From: an uncultured Treponemataceae bacterium
GTDB lineage: Bacteria; Spirochaetota; Spirochaetia; Treponematales; UBA12059
Direction: 5' to 3'
DNA length: 64,000 nucleotides
Assembly (NCBI GenBank): GCA_964482955.1
Contig: CAYZZW010000001.1
Span: forward strand, 95,780-159,779
Below, piece after piece: positions 26,303-35,004 of this stretch. A model generated the notes under the pieces. It saw nothing but the letters and a program-made list of their open reading frames with translations. It was not told the origin of the DNA and searched no databases. How positions within the stretch are numbered: the first letter of the stretch is position 1; the number at the start of each line of letters is the position of its first letter. The position numbers and the translations under genes are program-made.

Positions 26303-27862
26303 ATGAGCAGCGAGAACCTGCAGCACCTCGTTTCGATGGTCCTCTACATCGGCGTGGTCATCGGCATCGGCGTGTATTACGCCAAACGGGCCAGCGAAAG
26401 CAGCGCCAACTATCTCATCGGAGGCCGCTCGATGGGCCCCTGGATCGTCGCCATGGGCGCCGAAGCCTCCGACATGAGCGGCTGGCTCCTCATGGGCCTT
26501 CCGGGCGTCGCGTACTTCTTCGGGCTGGCGGACGCCTTCTGGACGGCGCTCGGCCTGGCCATCGGCACGTACTTGAACTGGCTCTTCGTGGCGAAGCGAC
26601 TCAGGCAGTACTCCGCGGTCGCCAACGACTCGATCACCATCCCTGACTTCCTGTCCAACCGGTTCAAGGAGAAGGGCAAGGTCCTCATGCTCGTCGCCGC
26701 CGCGTTCATCATCGTCTTCTTCACCGTCTACACGGCCAGCTGCTTCGTGACCACCGGCAAGCTCTTCAACAGCATGTTCGGCATCGGCTACAGATCGATG
26801 ATGGTGGTCGGCGCGCTGTTCGTCGTCGCGTACACGTTCATCGGCGGCTTCCTCGCGGAGAGCGCCTCCGACTTCATGCAAGGCTGCATCATGATCCTCG
26901 CCCTCTCCCTCGTGCTCGTCTTCGGCGTGGCGGCCGCGGGCGGCATCGGCAAGGTGGCCGAAAACGTCAGGGACTTCCCCGGCTTCCTCGAGTTCTTCGG
27001 CATGGCGACGCCGGACCTGGCGAACGGCGTCCAGAAGGTCGCCGCGGGCAAACCGCTCTTCGCGGCGACGACGCCCTACGGTCTCCTCGTCATCATTTCC
27101 ACGATGTCGTGGGGCCTCGGCTACTTCGGCATGCCCCAGGTCCTCACGAAGTTCATGTCCATCCGCAAGACCGGCGAGATCGCGCTGTCCCGCCGCATCG
27201 CCATGGTGTGGGTGGTGATCTCCATGGGCGCCGCCGTGGCCATCGGGATCATCGGGCGCGCCCTCGATCCGGCGCTGCTCCTCACGCAGGCCAAGGCCGA
27301 GACGATCTTCATCGAGCTGTCGCGGAGCTTCTTCCCGCCGCTCCTCGCCGGCGTGGTCATGGCCGGCATCCTCGCGGCGACCATCAGCTCGTCGGACTCC
27401 TACCTGCTCATCGCGGCCTCCGCCTTCTCGAAGAGCATCTACCAGCACGTGGTCAAGAAGGACGCGAGCGACAAGGCCGTGCTCCTCATGTCGAGGCTCT
27501 GCCTCTGCGCGATCGCGGTCGTGGCCATGGTCATCGCCCTCGACGAGAACAGCGTCATCTTCAAGGTGGTGTCGTTCGCGTGGGCGGGCTTCGGCGCGAC
27601 CTTCGGCCCGGTCATGCTCTTCTCGCTCTTCTGGAAGCGCACCACCCACGCGGGCGCGGTCGCCGGCATGCTCGCGGGCGGCGGCATGGTCTTCTTCTGG
27701 AAGCTCGTCATCCGGCCGCTCGGCGGCGTGTGGGGCATCTACGAGCTGTTCCCGGCCTTCGTCGTCTCCTGCGCGGTGATCGTCGTCGCGTCCCTCCTGT
27801 CGAAGGTCCCGTCGAAGGAGATCCAGGACGAATTCGAGAAAGCCAGGAAGTTCGAGTGCTGA
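26303..27862 (+). CDS. putP: sodium/proline symporter
   Basis: A 519-aa ORF of the SSS family with about 13 TM segments. The motifs YLIGGRSMGPWIVAMGAEASDMSGWLLMGLPG are PutP-like. An SD (GAAGGAG) lies upstream. Confidence 0.8.
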   Translation: MSSENLQHLVSMVLYIGVVIGIGVYYAKRASESSANYLIGGRSMGPWIVAMGAEASDMSGWLLMGLPGVAYFFGLADAFWTALGLAIGTYLNWLFVAKRLRQYSAVANDSITIPDFLSNRFKEKGKVLMLVAAAFIIVFFTVYTASCFVTTGKLFNSMFGIGYRSMMVVGALFVVAYTFIGGFLAESASDFMQGCIMILALSLVLVFGVAAAGGIGKVAENVRDFPGFLEFFGMATPDLANGVQKVAAGKPLFAATTPYGLLVIISTMSWGLGYFGMPQVLTKFMSIRKTGEIALSRRIAMVWVVISMGAAVAIGIIGRALDPALLLTQAKAETIFIELSRSFFPPLLAGVVMAGILAATISSSDSYLLIAASAFSKSIYQHVVKKDASDKAVLLMSRLCLCAIAVVAMVIALDENSVIFKVVSFAWAGFGATFGPVMLFSLFWKRTTHAGAVAGMLAGGGMVFFWKLVIRPLGGVWGIYELFPAFVVSCAVIVVASLLSKVPSKEIQDEFEKARKFEC

Positions 27863-27896
27863 CCTGAACCGAGTCGCCGGATCGGTCCGGCGGAAC

Positions 27897-27926
27897 GCCC
27901 GCGGCGATGAGCTGCGGGCTTTTTTC
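27897..27926 (+). terminator. intrinsic terminator after putP (a repeat of the 25956 terminator)
   Basis: GCCCGCGGC-gatga-GCTGCGGGC followed by T6. Confidence 0.8.
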
Positions 27927-28084
27927 AATTGGGGCGTCGAGCGGAGCGAGACGGAAGGGGTAGCGGAAAAGAAAACCGGCGCGCACGCGCTCGAAAAGAA
28001 GGTTCGTGCAGGGATGACGCGATGCGCGACAGCGCATGAATCAATCCATTCCTCTCGGCAAACGACGCGAAGCGGCGTATGCAC

Positions 28085-28155
28085 GAACCACACGCGCCGA
28101 ACGCACGGCGTTCGGCGATGTCAAAAATCCGCATGGACGCGGATTTTTGACTGGG
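28085..28155 (+). repeat. K-element copy b (core only), nested inside the putP-flanking repeat
   Basis: GAACCACACGCGCCGAACGCacgGCGTTCGGCGATGTCAAAAATCCGCatggacGCGGATTTTTGAC. Confidence 0.75.
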
Positions 28156-28212
28156 GAAGGCTTTCCCCTCCATAAAAATCGCGGGCGCCCTTTCGGGGCG
28201 CCCGGAGCGATG

Positions 28213-28590
28213 CTAGACGGCTTTGGCCATGGTGCCGTCGGATTTCTTGTCCGGCAGGGGCATGTCGTCCAGCTCGCCCTTGGCGAACTGGGTGACGATC
28301 TCCCGCACCGGACCCACGGCGCCCCGCACGACGCAAACGCGGCGGGCGTGGTACATGTGGATCGTATCGGCCTCTATCCTCATCACGATCAGGTGGGTCA
28401 CTCCCCGCCTGGCGAGCTCGTTGGCGGTGTCGGCGGGGCTTTTCACCCCTCCGTCGGCCGGAGCCTCGACTTGGTACTCTTCGACGGAATCGACGGAGTA
28501 GTCGGACGCGAGCGTGTACAACATGAAACGCCCGCTCGTTTCGACATGCTCCTCGACTACACCCTCCCCGGTCGGCACGGCGATGATCAT
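28213..28590 (-). CDS. NifB/NifX family iron-molybdenum cluster-binding domain protein
   Basis: Based on ORF 28213..28608, with the start moved to ATG 28590 (MIIAVPTGEG..), 7 nt after AAGGAGG. It has the small alpha/beta fold pattern of the dinitrogenase FeMo-cofactor-binding family (GRFMLY.., VTHLIVMRI). No nif genes are nearby. Confidence 0.65.
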   Translation of the reverse strand: MIIAVPTGEGVVEEHVETSGRFMLYTLASDYSVDSVEEYQVEAPADGGVKSPADTANELARRGVTHLIVMRIEADTIHMYHARRVCVVRGAVGPVREIVTQFAKGELDDMPLPDKKSDGTMAKAV

Positions 28591-28674
28591 CGTCGAACCT
28601 CCTTGCAAACCTTGATGCTAAACCCCCGTCCGGGGGGCCGGAGCGGCCGCTGAACCAACGGCCGTTATTGATAC

Positions 28675-28703
28675 GATATAGCACCGATCGGGCATGTGTT
28701 CAA
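28675..28703 (-). promoter_or_regulatory. promoter TTGAAC-N17-TATATC for the NifX-like gene
   Basis: Read on the minus strand, between the left arm of the H repeat and the AAGGAGG SD. Confidence 0.5.
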
Positions 28704-28733
28704 GGATTATTTTGGCCGACTTTGAAAGAAATC

Positions 28734-28885
28734 CACCACGAAGGACACGAAGGTTTTGCCACGAAGAGCACGAAGAAGAGGAAATGTGGTTATCGGGAAC
28801 CGGTGGCTTTTCCCTTCTTCTTCCCCCTTCTTCCCCTTCGTGATCTTCGTGGCTGAACTTCGTGTCCTTCGTGGCTGTTTTCCTC
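28734..28885. repeat. H foldback element, copy c (complete)
   Basis: The left arm is CCACGAAGGACACGAAGgttttGCCACGAAGAGCACGAAGAAGAGG. The centre is about 30 nt. The right arm is CCTTCTTCCCCTTCGTGATCTTCGTGGCtgaaCTTCGTGTCCTTCGTGG. Confidence 0.8.
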
Positions 28886-28945
28886 ATCGTCAGTCTTCTA
28901 TACTTTCGGGAGCGGGCGCCCGGCAGGCGCCGCGGGAGGCTTTCG

Positions 28946-30598
28946 ATGAGGAAGAAAATCGCAGTGGCGGCGTTCCTGCTCTTGGCGGCGGTCTTCGCGG
29001 CGGCGGCCGCGGACATCTGGGTGGCCGCGGGCGGGACGGGACGCGGCAAGGCCAAGGACGATCCCATGCCCGAGCTCTGGAAGGCGGTGGAGCGGGCCGA
29101 GCGGGGCGACGTGATCCACGTGGCGGAAGGCACCTACAACGGCAAGGCGGGCTCCGGCCACTGGATCGTCAAGGTGCCGAACCTGACCATGGTCGGCGGC
29201 TACAACAAGGACTTTTCCGAGCGGAATCCCTTCAAGTACCTCACCGTCCTCGAACGGGCCAAGGATTTCCGCGGGGATTGGGTGGGCTTGCCGGAAGCCA
29301 TGGTGGCGGGCGACGCCGACCACTCCGACTTCACGCTCGACGGCTTCGTCCTCGATTGCACGAGCCGCAACGCCTACGGCAACCGCGGACTCCTCCTCAA
29401 GGCTCCCACCTACCTGGGCATGGCCGTCCAGACGAACTCGAAAAACACGAAAATCCGGAACTGCGTCATCCTGAACCCCGCGGGCGACGGCATCTACTGC
29501 ACCTGGCAGGGGCCAGAAAACGAAGTCACGAACTGCTTCGTCGTGAACACGCTCTATTCGGCCATCGAGACGCGCTCGAACCAGCCCGGCGCCGTCGTGA
29601 ACATCAAGAACAACACCATCGTGTACGGCTGGTTCTATCCGTCCAAGGGCGGCGCGACGGGCGTCTTCGCGGGCAGCCAGGGCACGACCATCGTCGACTC
29701 CAACGTGATCGCCTTCATGCAGACCGAGGGCGGCGAGGACGGCTTCGCGGTCAAAAACAGTTTCGGGAACGCGGACACCGTCATGAAGAACAACGTGTTC
29801 TTCTCGCTCACGGGCGGCTACTACAAGTACATGGACCAGAACAAGCAGAACCTCATCGCGTGGAAAAAGTCCGACCTGGACGATCTCAACGACGAGGACT
29901 ACTGCGAAGACTACATGCTCGCCGAATCCGGGGACAACCGCGAAGCCGACCCGGGCCTCGTCCCCGACAAGGACTTCGCCGGCAAGTTCGCGAACTACAT
30001 CGCCTCCGAGCCCGGCAAGCTGAACATGGACGCGATGAACGAGTGGCGCCGCGCCATGGGCCTGCCCCTGCAAGCCGAACCCGGCAAGGCGCGCGAAAAC
30101 TACGCCTTCGCCTACCCGCGCTCCGGCATCGTCGGGCTCGCCTCCAAGATCAAGGGCGTCGGCGTCCAGCTGTCCGGCCCGTTCGCGGAATACGCGTCGC
30201 AAGCCGCGGCGGAAAAGCCCGCCAGCTACGAGGAAGTCGCCTTCGACAGCTTCAAGAAGGGCAACGCGAACTCCAAGGGCACAAACGGCAAGGCCGTCCA
30301 GTTCCGCGCGGGCCTCGGCGACAAGAAGACGACCTTCGAGCTCGCGGAAGCCCCGGTTTCGGACTACTACTGCGTGATGCTCATGCTGCCCGGCGCCACG
30401 TCCACGTCCACGCGCGACTTCGTGTACGGCTACATCCTGAAAGGCTCGCCCGCGGACAAGGACTGGATCAAGCTCGAAAAGAAGAAAGCTGACACCTGGA
30501 AAGACGGCGTCGTGATCAAGGGCAAGGTGTACGACTTCAAGAACCAGGCGTACCCGTACCCTGTCGGCGTCATCGTCGATTCGATTTCCAATAAGTAA
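28946..30598 (+). CDS. secreted right-handed parallel beta-helix repeat protein
   Basis: Based on ORF 28862..30598, with the start at ATG 28946 (MRKKIAVAAFLLLAAVFAAAAA signal; GGGAGG SD). It has repeated NTKIRNCVI / VTNCFVVN / IKNNTIVY / VMKNNVFF motifs typical of pectate-lyase-like beta-helices. A terminator lies downstream. Confidence 0.65.
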   Translation: MRKKIAVAAFLLLAAVFAAAAADIWVAAGGTGRGKAKDDPMPELWKAVERAERGDVIHVAEGTYNGKAGSGHWIVKVPNLTMVGGYNKDFSERNPFKYLTVLERAKDFRGDWVGLPEAMVAGDADHSDFTLDGFVLDCTSRNAYGNRGLLLKAPTYLGMAVQTNSKNTKIRNCVILNPAGDGIYCTWQGPENEVTNCFVVNTLYSAIETRSNQPGAVVNIKNNTIVYGWFYPSKGGATGVFAGSQGTTIVDSNVIAFMQTEGGEDGFAVKNSFGNADTVMKNNVFFSLTGGYYKYMDQNKQNLIAWKKSDLDDLNDEDYCEDYMLAESGDNREADPGLVPDKDFAGKFANYIASEPGKLNMDAMNEWRRAMGLPLQAEPGKARENYAFAYPRSGIVGLASKIKGVGVQLSGPFAEYASQAAAEKPASYEEVAFDSFKKGNANSKGTNGKAVQFRAGLGDKKTTFELAEAPVSDYYCVMLMLPGATSTSTRDFVYGYILKGSPADKDWIKLEKKKADTWKDGVVIKGKVYDFKNQAYPYPVGVIVDSISNK

Positions 30599-30624
30599 AT
30601 ACGCGCCGCTTTCGAATGTGGGCG

Positions 30625-30670
30625 CCCCGCCCGTGGAACGTCTTCGACGCTCCACGGGCGGGGATTTTTT
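30625..30670 (+). terminator. intrinsic terminator after the beta-helix gene
   Basis: CCCCGCCCGTGGA..TCCACGGGCGGGG followed by ATTTTTT. Confidence 0.75.
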
Positions 30671-30710
30671 GCGCGGAACGCGCTTGAAGAAAATGCCCGT
30701 GCACGACGCA

Positions 30711-30860
30711 CGGACCACACCAGCTGAACGCCCTGCGTTCAGCGATGTCAAAAATCTACAGGGACGTAGATTTTTGACTTGGGTGTTCCGCTGCAAATCC
30801 TCGGCGCGTCGTTCCTCCGCGCCTCCGGTTTTTCCGCTTCACCCCCTGGCGCTCGTCCTC
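30711..30860 (+). repeat. K-element copy c (core plus extension)
   Basis: GGACCACACCAGCTGAACGCcctGCGTTCAGCGATGTCAAAAATCTACagggacGTAGATTTTTGACTTGGGTG.., ending ..CACCCCCTGGCGC. Confidence 0.75.
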
Positions 30861-30877
30861 GTTACGCCTTCCGGGAA

Positions 30878-31648
30878 TTACCTGGGTCCTTTCGGCAAAA
30901 GCGCGTCGATGCGCGTCAGGGCGTCCGACGCGCCGAGCGGCACGCGGAGAGTGGCGATCGAGTCCGTGAACTCGGTGGGCTCCGGGTTGATCTCGATCAC
31001 CGCGCCGCCGCGACGACGCGTCTCGGCGGGCACGTCGGCCGCCGGATAGACGAGCCCCGTCGATCCGATGACGAGGCACGCGTCGGCTTCCGCGGCCGCG
31101 GCGAAAGCCCGGTCGAGGGCTCCGCGGGGAATGCCTTCGCCGAAAAACACGAAGTCGGGTTTGTAGATGCCGCCGCAGGCGCAGCGCGGCGGCAGGGTCT
31201 TGAGCAGGGCTGGATCGGCCGGCACCCGCTTTCCGCAACTCAGGCACACGAGGCGTTTCGTCGAGCCGTGGAACTCAACCACATTCCGGGATCCCGCCGC
31301 TTCGTGGAGCCCGTCGATATTCTGCGTGACGACGAGCGTGAGCCGTCCTTCCCGTTCCCACGCGGCGAGGATTTCGTGCGCGCGGTTCGGTTTCGCCGTC
31401 CCCATCGACTCGTAAAAGATAGCCCTGATGGTTTCCCAGGATTCTTCCGGGTTCATGAGGAAGAACGGCAGCTCGAGGAGTTCCGGATCGTAACGTTCCC
31501 AGACGCCGCCCGGACCCCGGAACGGCGGGATGCCGCTTTCGACGGAGATGCCCGCGCCCGTGAAGGCGTAGAGGCGCTTCGAAGCCGCGACGATCGAGGC
31601 GGCTTCCTTCAGGACCGCGTCGAGCCCGTCGCTGTCGCCCCGCGTCAT
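30878..31648 (-). CDS. cobB: NAD-dependent protein deacylase (Sir2/CobB family)
   Basis: A 256-aa ORF with GAGISVESGIPPFRG, TQNIDGLH and the Zn-ribbon CLSCG..CACGG. Confidence 0.85.
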   Translation of the reverse strand: MTRGDSDGLDAVLKEAASIVAASKRLYAFTGAGISVESGIPPFRGPGGVWERYDPELLELPFFLMNPEESWETIRAIFYESMGTAKPNRAHEILAAWEREGRLTLVVTQNIDGLHEAAGSRNVVEFHGSTKRLVCLSCGKRVPADPALLKTLPPRCACGGIYKPDFVFFGEGIPRGALDRAFAAAAEADACLVIGSTGLVYPAADVPAETRRRGGAVIEINPEPTEFTDSIATLRVPLGASDALTRIDALLPKGPR

Positions 31649-31673
31649 GCCGACCTCCGATCCCTATGCCGGC

Positions 31674-32387
31674 TCAATTGCCGAGCCGTTCCACGTCGGC
31701 CGCGCCGGAGACGTCCTTCGTGAGCTTCGGATCGCCGTAGTAGCGGATGTTGGCCGCACCGCTCGCGTCCACCGCGAGTTCGACCGCCGCGCGGACGGTC
31801 AGTTCGCAGGCGCCGGACGCGTCGACGCGCACGACGTCGGCTTCGAGCGCAGCGGAGTCCACGTCCGCCGCCCCGGATACGTCGAACGACAGCCGATCGG
31901 CGGCCCCGGAGAGCTTCGCGTCGAAGCTGCCGGACGACCCGATGCGGATCTCGTCGTATTCGAGCCAGGCTTCCAGTTCGGAGGCGCCCGAGGCGTCGAG
32001 CTCGAAGCGCTTGCCGCCGAAGCCGCGCTTGATCGAGACGTCGCACGCGCCGGACAGCGCCATCCGCTCGAGCGACGGCGTGGTGATCTCGATCTTGAGG
32101 GTCTTGAACGAGGTGACGCGCACGTTCTTCTTGAAGCGCAGGTACAGGGTGCCGTCCTTCACGACGGTTTCGTAGTCCTTGATCAAATTGGAGTCGAGCG
32201 TGACGACGGCGACGCTGCCCTGGCCCTGCGCGACGACGATGTCGCCCGCGCCGGAGCAGTCGATCTTCGTGAAGGCGGGGAGCGCCCGCGTCTCGGTGGA
32301 CGGCTTGCCGTTGCCCGCCTCCCCGAAGGCGAAATAGGCCGCGACCGCCAGGCAGACGATCACGAGTATGGTGGTTTTCGTTTTCAT
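31674..32387 (-). CDS. DUF2807 / head GIN domain-containing secreted protein
   Basis: A 237-aa ORF with an N-terminal signal/anchor. It has repeated SGAxD(V/I) beta-solenoid units (SGAGDIVV, SGACDVSI, SGASELEA, SGAADVDS, SGAANIRY). Confidence 0.6.
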   Translation of the reverse strand: MKTKTTILVIVCLAVAAYFAFGEAGNGKPSTETRALPAFTKIDCSGAGDIVVAQGQGSVAVVTLDSNLIKDYETVVKDGTLYLRFKKNVRVTSFKTLKIEITTPSLERMALSGACDVSIKRGFGGKRFELDASGASELEAWLEYDEIRIGSSGSFDAKLSGAADRLSFDVSGAADVDSAALEADVVRVDASGACELTVRAAVELAVDASGAANIRYYGDPKLTKDVSGAADVERLGN

Positions 32388-32541
32388 GGATCCTCCGGAT
32401 ACCGGCCCTCAGGCCGTGCGTTGTCCGATTCGCCTCGGGCGACATCGGGTCCGCGCCGTATCCGTCCCCCGTGCGGGCGGAGGCCTACGGCGCGACGCTT
32501 CCATGTTATCGCATTTCCCCGCGCTATTCCACGAGCGCCCC

Positions 32542-32571
32542 TTGCGGACGGCGCCGCCCGCGGGCTACGGT
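32542..32571 (+). promoter_or_regulatory. leaderless-type promoter TTGCGG-N18-TACGGT-N6-ATG (RlmI-like gene)
   Basis: The -10 box ends 6 nt before the ATG and there is no SD. Confidence 0.4.
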
Positions 32572-32577
32572 AGCGGC

Positions 32578-33795
32578 ATGGACACACCCGCCCACGTCCG
32601 CCTCAAACCCCGCGAAGAAACGCGGCTCCTCCACGGTCACCCGTGGGTCTACGACAACGAGATCGCCTCCGTCGAACCGGCGAATCCCGCGCCCGGAGCC
32701 GAGGTCACCGTGCTCGCGTCGAAGGGCCGCCTCGTCGGCTCGGGACTCTGGAGCCCGAAGTCGAAGATCCGCGTCCGCCTCCACGCGCGCGACGAGCGTC
32801 CCTGCGACGCGGCCTTCCTCCGCGCGGCCATCGACGCGGCTCTCAGGCGGCGCGCGCGCTTCCGCGACATCGGCCGCGAATCCGCCCGGCTCGTCTTCGG
32901 GGAGGCCGACGGCCTCCCCGGCCTCATCGTCGACTCCTTCGTATCGGCGGATCCGGGCGGCGGAACCGGCGCGCGCTACCTCTCGGTCCAGATCCTGTCC
33001 GCGGGGATGGAAGCCAGGCGTGACGCGATTCTCGCGACGCTCGCGGAGCTGTTGGCGCCCGCCGGCATCGTCGAGCGCTCGGACGCCCCCGTGCGCGCGC
33101 TCGAAGGCCTCGAGACGCGCGTCGGCGTCGCGGCGGGCGCGGTGCCCGAACGCGTCGTCATCCGGGAAAACGGGCTTTTGTTCACGGTGGACCTGGCCGG
33201 CGGCCAGAAAACCGGGTGGTTCCTCGACCAACGGGACAACCGCCTGGCGGCGGCCCGCTACGCCAAGGGCGTCAAAGTCCTCGACATGTTCTGCAACGCG
33301 GGCGGTTTCGCGCTCTGCGCGGCGAAGGCCGGCGCGGCGTCGGTGCTGGCGGTGGACGCCTCCGAGGACGCCGTGGCCGCCGTCAAGGCCAACGCCGACC
33401 TGAACGGCCTCGGCGGTCTCGTGACGGCGAAGGCGGCGAACGCCTTCGACTTCCTGCGCGACCTTGAGGCCTCGGGCGAACGCTTCGGCCTCGTCGTGCT
33501 CGATCCCCCCGCCTTCGCCAAGAATCGCGCGGCCTTCGCGGGCGCGCGGCGCGGCTACAAGGAGATCAACCTGCGCGCCCTCAAGCTGCTCGAGCCCGGC
33601 GGCGTGCTGACGACCTTTTCGTGTTCGTACTGGATGGGGCGCGAGGAATTCCGGAGCGTGCTCGGCGAGGCGGCGGCGGACGCGAAAGCCAGGGTGCGTC
33701 TCCTCGAGTCGCGGACGCAGGCTCCCGACCACCCGATCCTGCTCGGCTACCCGGAAAGCGAATACTTGAAGTGCCTGATCGCGGAGCGCGAATAA
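32578..33795 (+). CDS. class I SAM-dependent rRNA (cytosine-C5) methyltransferase, RlmI-like
   Basis: Based on ORF 32368..33795, with the start at ATG 32578 (MDTPAHVRLKPREETRLLHGHPWVYDNEI, a PUA-like N-terminus). The SAM-binding region is VLDMFCNAGGFAL and the catalytic region is DPPAF. Confidence 0.75.
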   Translation: MDTPAHVRLKPREETRLLHGHPWVYDNEIASVEPANPAPGAEVTVLASKGRLVGSGLWSPKSKIRVRLHARDERPCDAAFLRAAIDAALRRRARFRDIGRESARLVFGEADGLPGLIVDSFVSADPGGGTGARYLSVQILSAGMEARRDAILATLAELLAPAGIVERSDAPVRALEGLETRVGVAAGAVPERVVIRENGLLFTVDLAGGQKTGWFLDQRDNRLAAARYAKGVKVLDMFCNAGGFALCAAKAGAASVLAVDASEDAVAAVKANADLNGLGGLVTAKAANAFDFLRDLEASGERFGLVVLDPPAFAKNRAAFAGARRGYKEINLRALKLLEPGGVLTTFSCSYWMGREEFRSVLGEAAADAKARVRLLESRTQAPDHPILLGYPESEYLKCLIAERE

Positions 33796-33842
33796 CGGAA
33801 CGACGAGTCGTCGCAGCCCGGATTCCTCACAACAAGTTCGGG

Positions 33843-34136
33843 CTAACCGAGGGCGAGGACGCGCTTCACCTGCTCTTCGCTGACGCCGAAGATGCGCTTG
33901 AGCTCGTCGCCCGTCGTATAGTGCGTGCCGGCCTTCGCGTTGTAGCCGTCGACGACGAGCTTGATCTCCGCGTCGTTCTTGGCGTAGAGCGCCGAGGAAA
34001 ACGCCGCGCGGAACAGGCCCTTGTCGAGGAGTTCCTTCGTCGACAGCTTGCCGTAGCTCCGCTTGGCGTTCGCGTCCACGACCGCCGCCGGCCCGTCGAA
34101 CCCGATCGTAAAAATGAAATCTTCCCTGCTGATCAT
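33843..34136 (-). CDS. hypothetical small protein (97 aa)
   Basis: The composition is protein-like (MISREDFIFTIGFDGPAAVVDANAKRSYGKLSTKELLDKG..). A leaderless-type promoter, TTGTCT-N17-TACTAT-N6-ATG, lies upstream. I recognise no family. Confidence 0.55.
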   Translation of the reverse strand: MISREDFIFTIGFDGPAAVVDANAKRSYGKLSTKELLDKGLFRAAFSSALYAKNDAEIKLVVDGYNAKAGTHYTTGDELKRIFGVSEEQVKRVLALG

Positions 34137-34142
34137 GGAGCT

Positions 34143-34171
34143 ATAGTACCGACGTCAACATCGGCAGACAA
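34143..34171 (-). promoter_or_regulatory. leaderless-type promoter TTGTCT-N17-TACTAT-N6-ATG (97-aa gene)
   Basis: Read on the minus strand. The -10 box ends 6 nt before ATG 34136. Confidence 0.5.
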
Positions 34172-34178
34172 GAGCTTT

Positions 34179-34360
34179 ACCACGAAGGCCACGAAGTGCA
34201 GCCACGAAGGTCACGAAGGAAGAATGGTAGGAAAAAAGGGAAATATCATTCTTCGGATTTCAGATTCCGATTCTTCCAACCTCTTATCCCCTTCGTGTCC
34301 TTCGTGGTCAAACCTTCGTGCCCTAACGCTCGAGTACTCACTAAGCTTCGCTCGTGGTGA
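34179..34360. repeat. H foldback element, copy d (complete, with tail)
   Basis: ACCACGAAGGCCACGAAGtgcaGCCACGAAGGTCACGAAGGAAG .. CCCCTTCGTGTCCTTCGTGGtcaaaCCTTCGTGCC, followed by the AACGCTCGAGTACTCACTAAGCTTCGCTCGTGG tail. Confidence 0.8.
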
Positions 34361-34365
34361 AATAC

Positions 34366-34527
34366 TCAGTCCGCGGGGCTGAAGCTGTCTTTGCCGACGC
34401 CGCAGGTGGGGCAGACCCAGTCGGCGGGAATCTTCTCGAACGGCGTGCCCGCCGCGATGCCGCCGTCGGGATCGCCGACCGCCGGATCGTAGATGTAGCC
34501 GCACACGTCGCACACGTACTTCTTCAT
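34366..34527 (-). CDS. rubredoxin
   Basis: Not in the ORF track (53 aa). My translation is [53 protein letters not shown], with the two CxxCG knuckles of rubredoxin. Confidence 0.9.
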   Translation of the reverse strand: MKKYVCDVCGYIYDPAVGDPDGGIAAGTPFEKIPADWVCPTCGVGKDSFSPAD

Positions 34528-34616
34528 GTCCATCTCCTCGTCGTTTGTGGTTTATTCCGCGACACGCGCGGCTTCGGTTCGCGGGCGGAAGCGCGCCCGA
34601 AGGCGCGCCGCCCGGA

Positions 34617-34991
34617 TTACGCCTTCCAGAGCCCGTGCAGGTTGCAGTATTCCCGGGCTTCCACCTTGGCCGCCTTCACCGCGAAGAAGGCTTCCGGCCT
34701 GTCCCCGGGCTTCAAGTACGCGCGGTAGACCATCCCGTCCGCGACCAGCTCGATGAACTCGATGTAGTGCTTGTCCTCCATCGGGTGCGCGACGGCGCCG
34801 ACGCTCACCTTGTAGCCGTCCGCCGTCTTTTCGATCACCGGCACGTGCTTTTCCTTGGCCGCGTCGACGGTGTTCTCGACGAGCAGCTTCATGGGCTGTC
34901 CGCAGCACACGAGCGTGCCGCCGGAGGCGTGCACCACCTCGACGATGTTGCCGCACACTTCGCACTTGTACACTTGTCCGCGTTGGGTCAT
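34617..34991 (-). CDS. dfx: desulfoferrodoxin (2Fe superoxide reductase)
   Basis: A 124-aa ORF. The N-terminal desulforedoxin motif is [15 protein letters not shown]. Centre II has the ligands HVPV and EYCNLHGLW. Confidence 0.9.
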   Translation of the reverse strand: MTQRGQVYKCEVCGNIVEVVHASGGTLVCCGQPMKLLVENTVDAAKEKHVPVIEKTADGYKVSVGAVAHPMEDKHYIEFIELVADGMVYRAYLKPGDRPEAFFAVKAAKVEAREYCNLHGLWKA

Positions 34992-35004
34992 GTCGGTCTC
35001 CTTC

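Larger units (their letters stand above)
27897..28205 (+). repeat. putP-flanking direct repeat, downstream copy (interrupted by ~170 bp that includes K-element b)
   Basis: It has the same terminator and 47-nt block, and the same CCCCTCCATAAAAATCGCGGGCGC end. The two halves are separated by an insertion. Confidence 0.8.

Noticed and set aside
30878-31648. The Sir2-family gene as a phage-defence (Thoeris/DSR-type) effector.
   Set aside because: It is a compact 256-aa sirtuin with the canonical Zn-ribbon and catalytic motifs of CobB-type deacylases. It has no extra domains and no defence-type partner genes.
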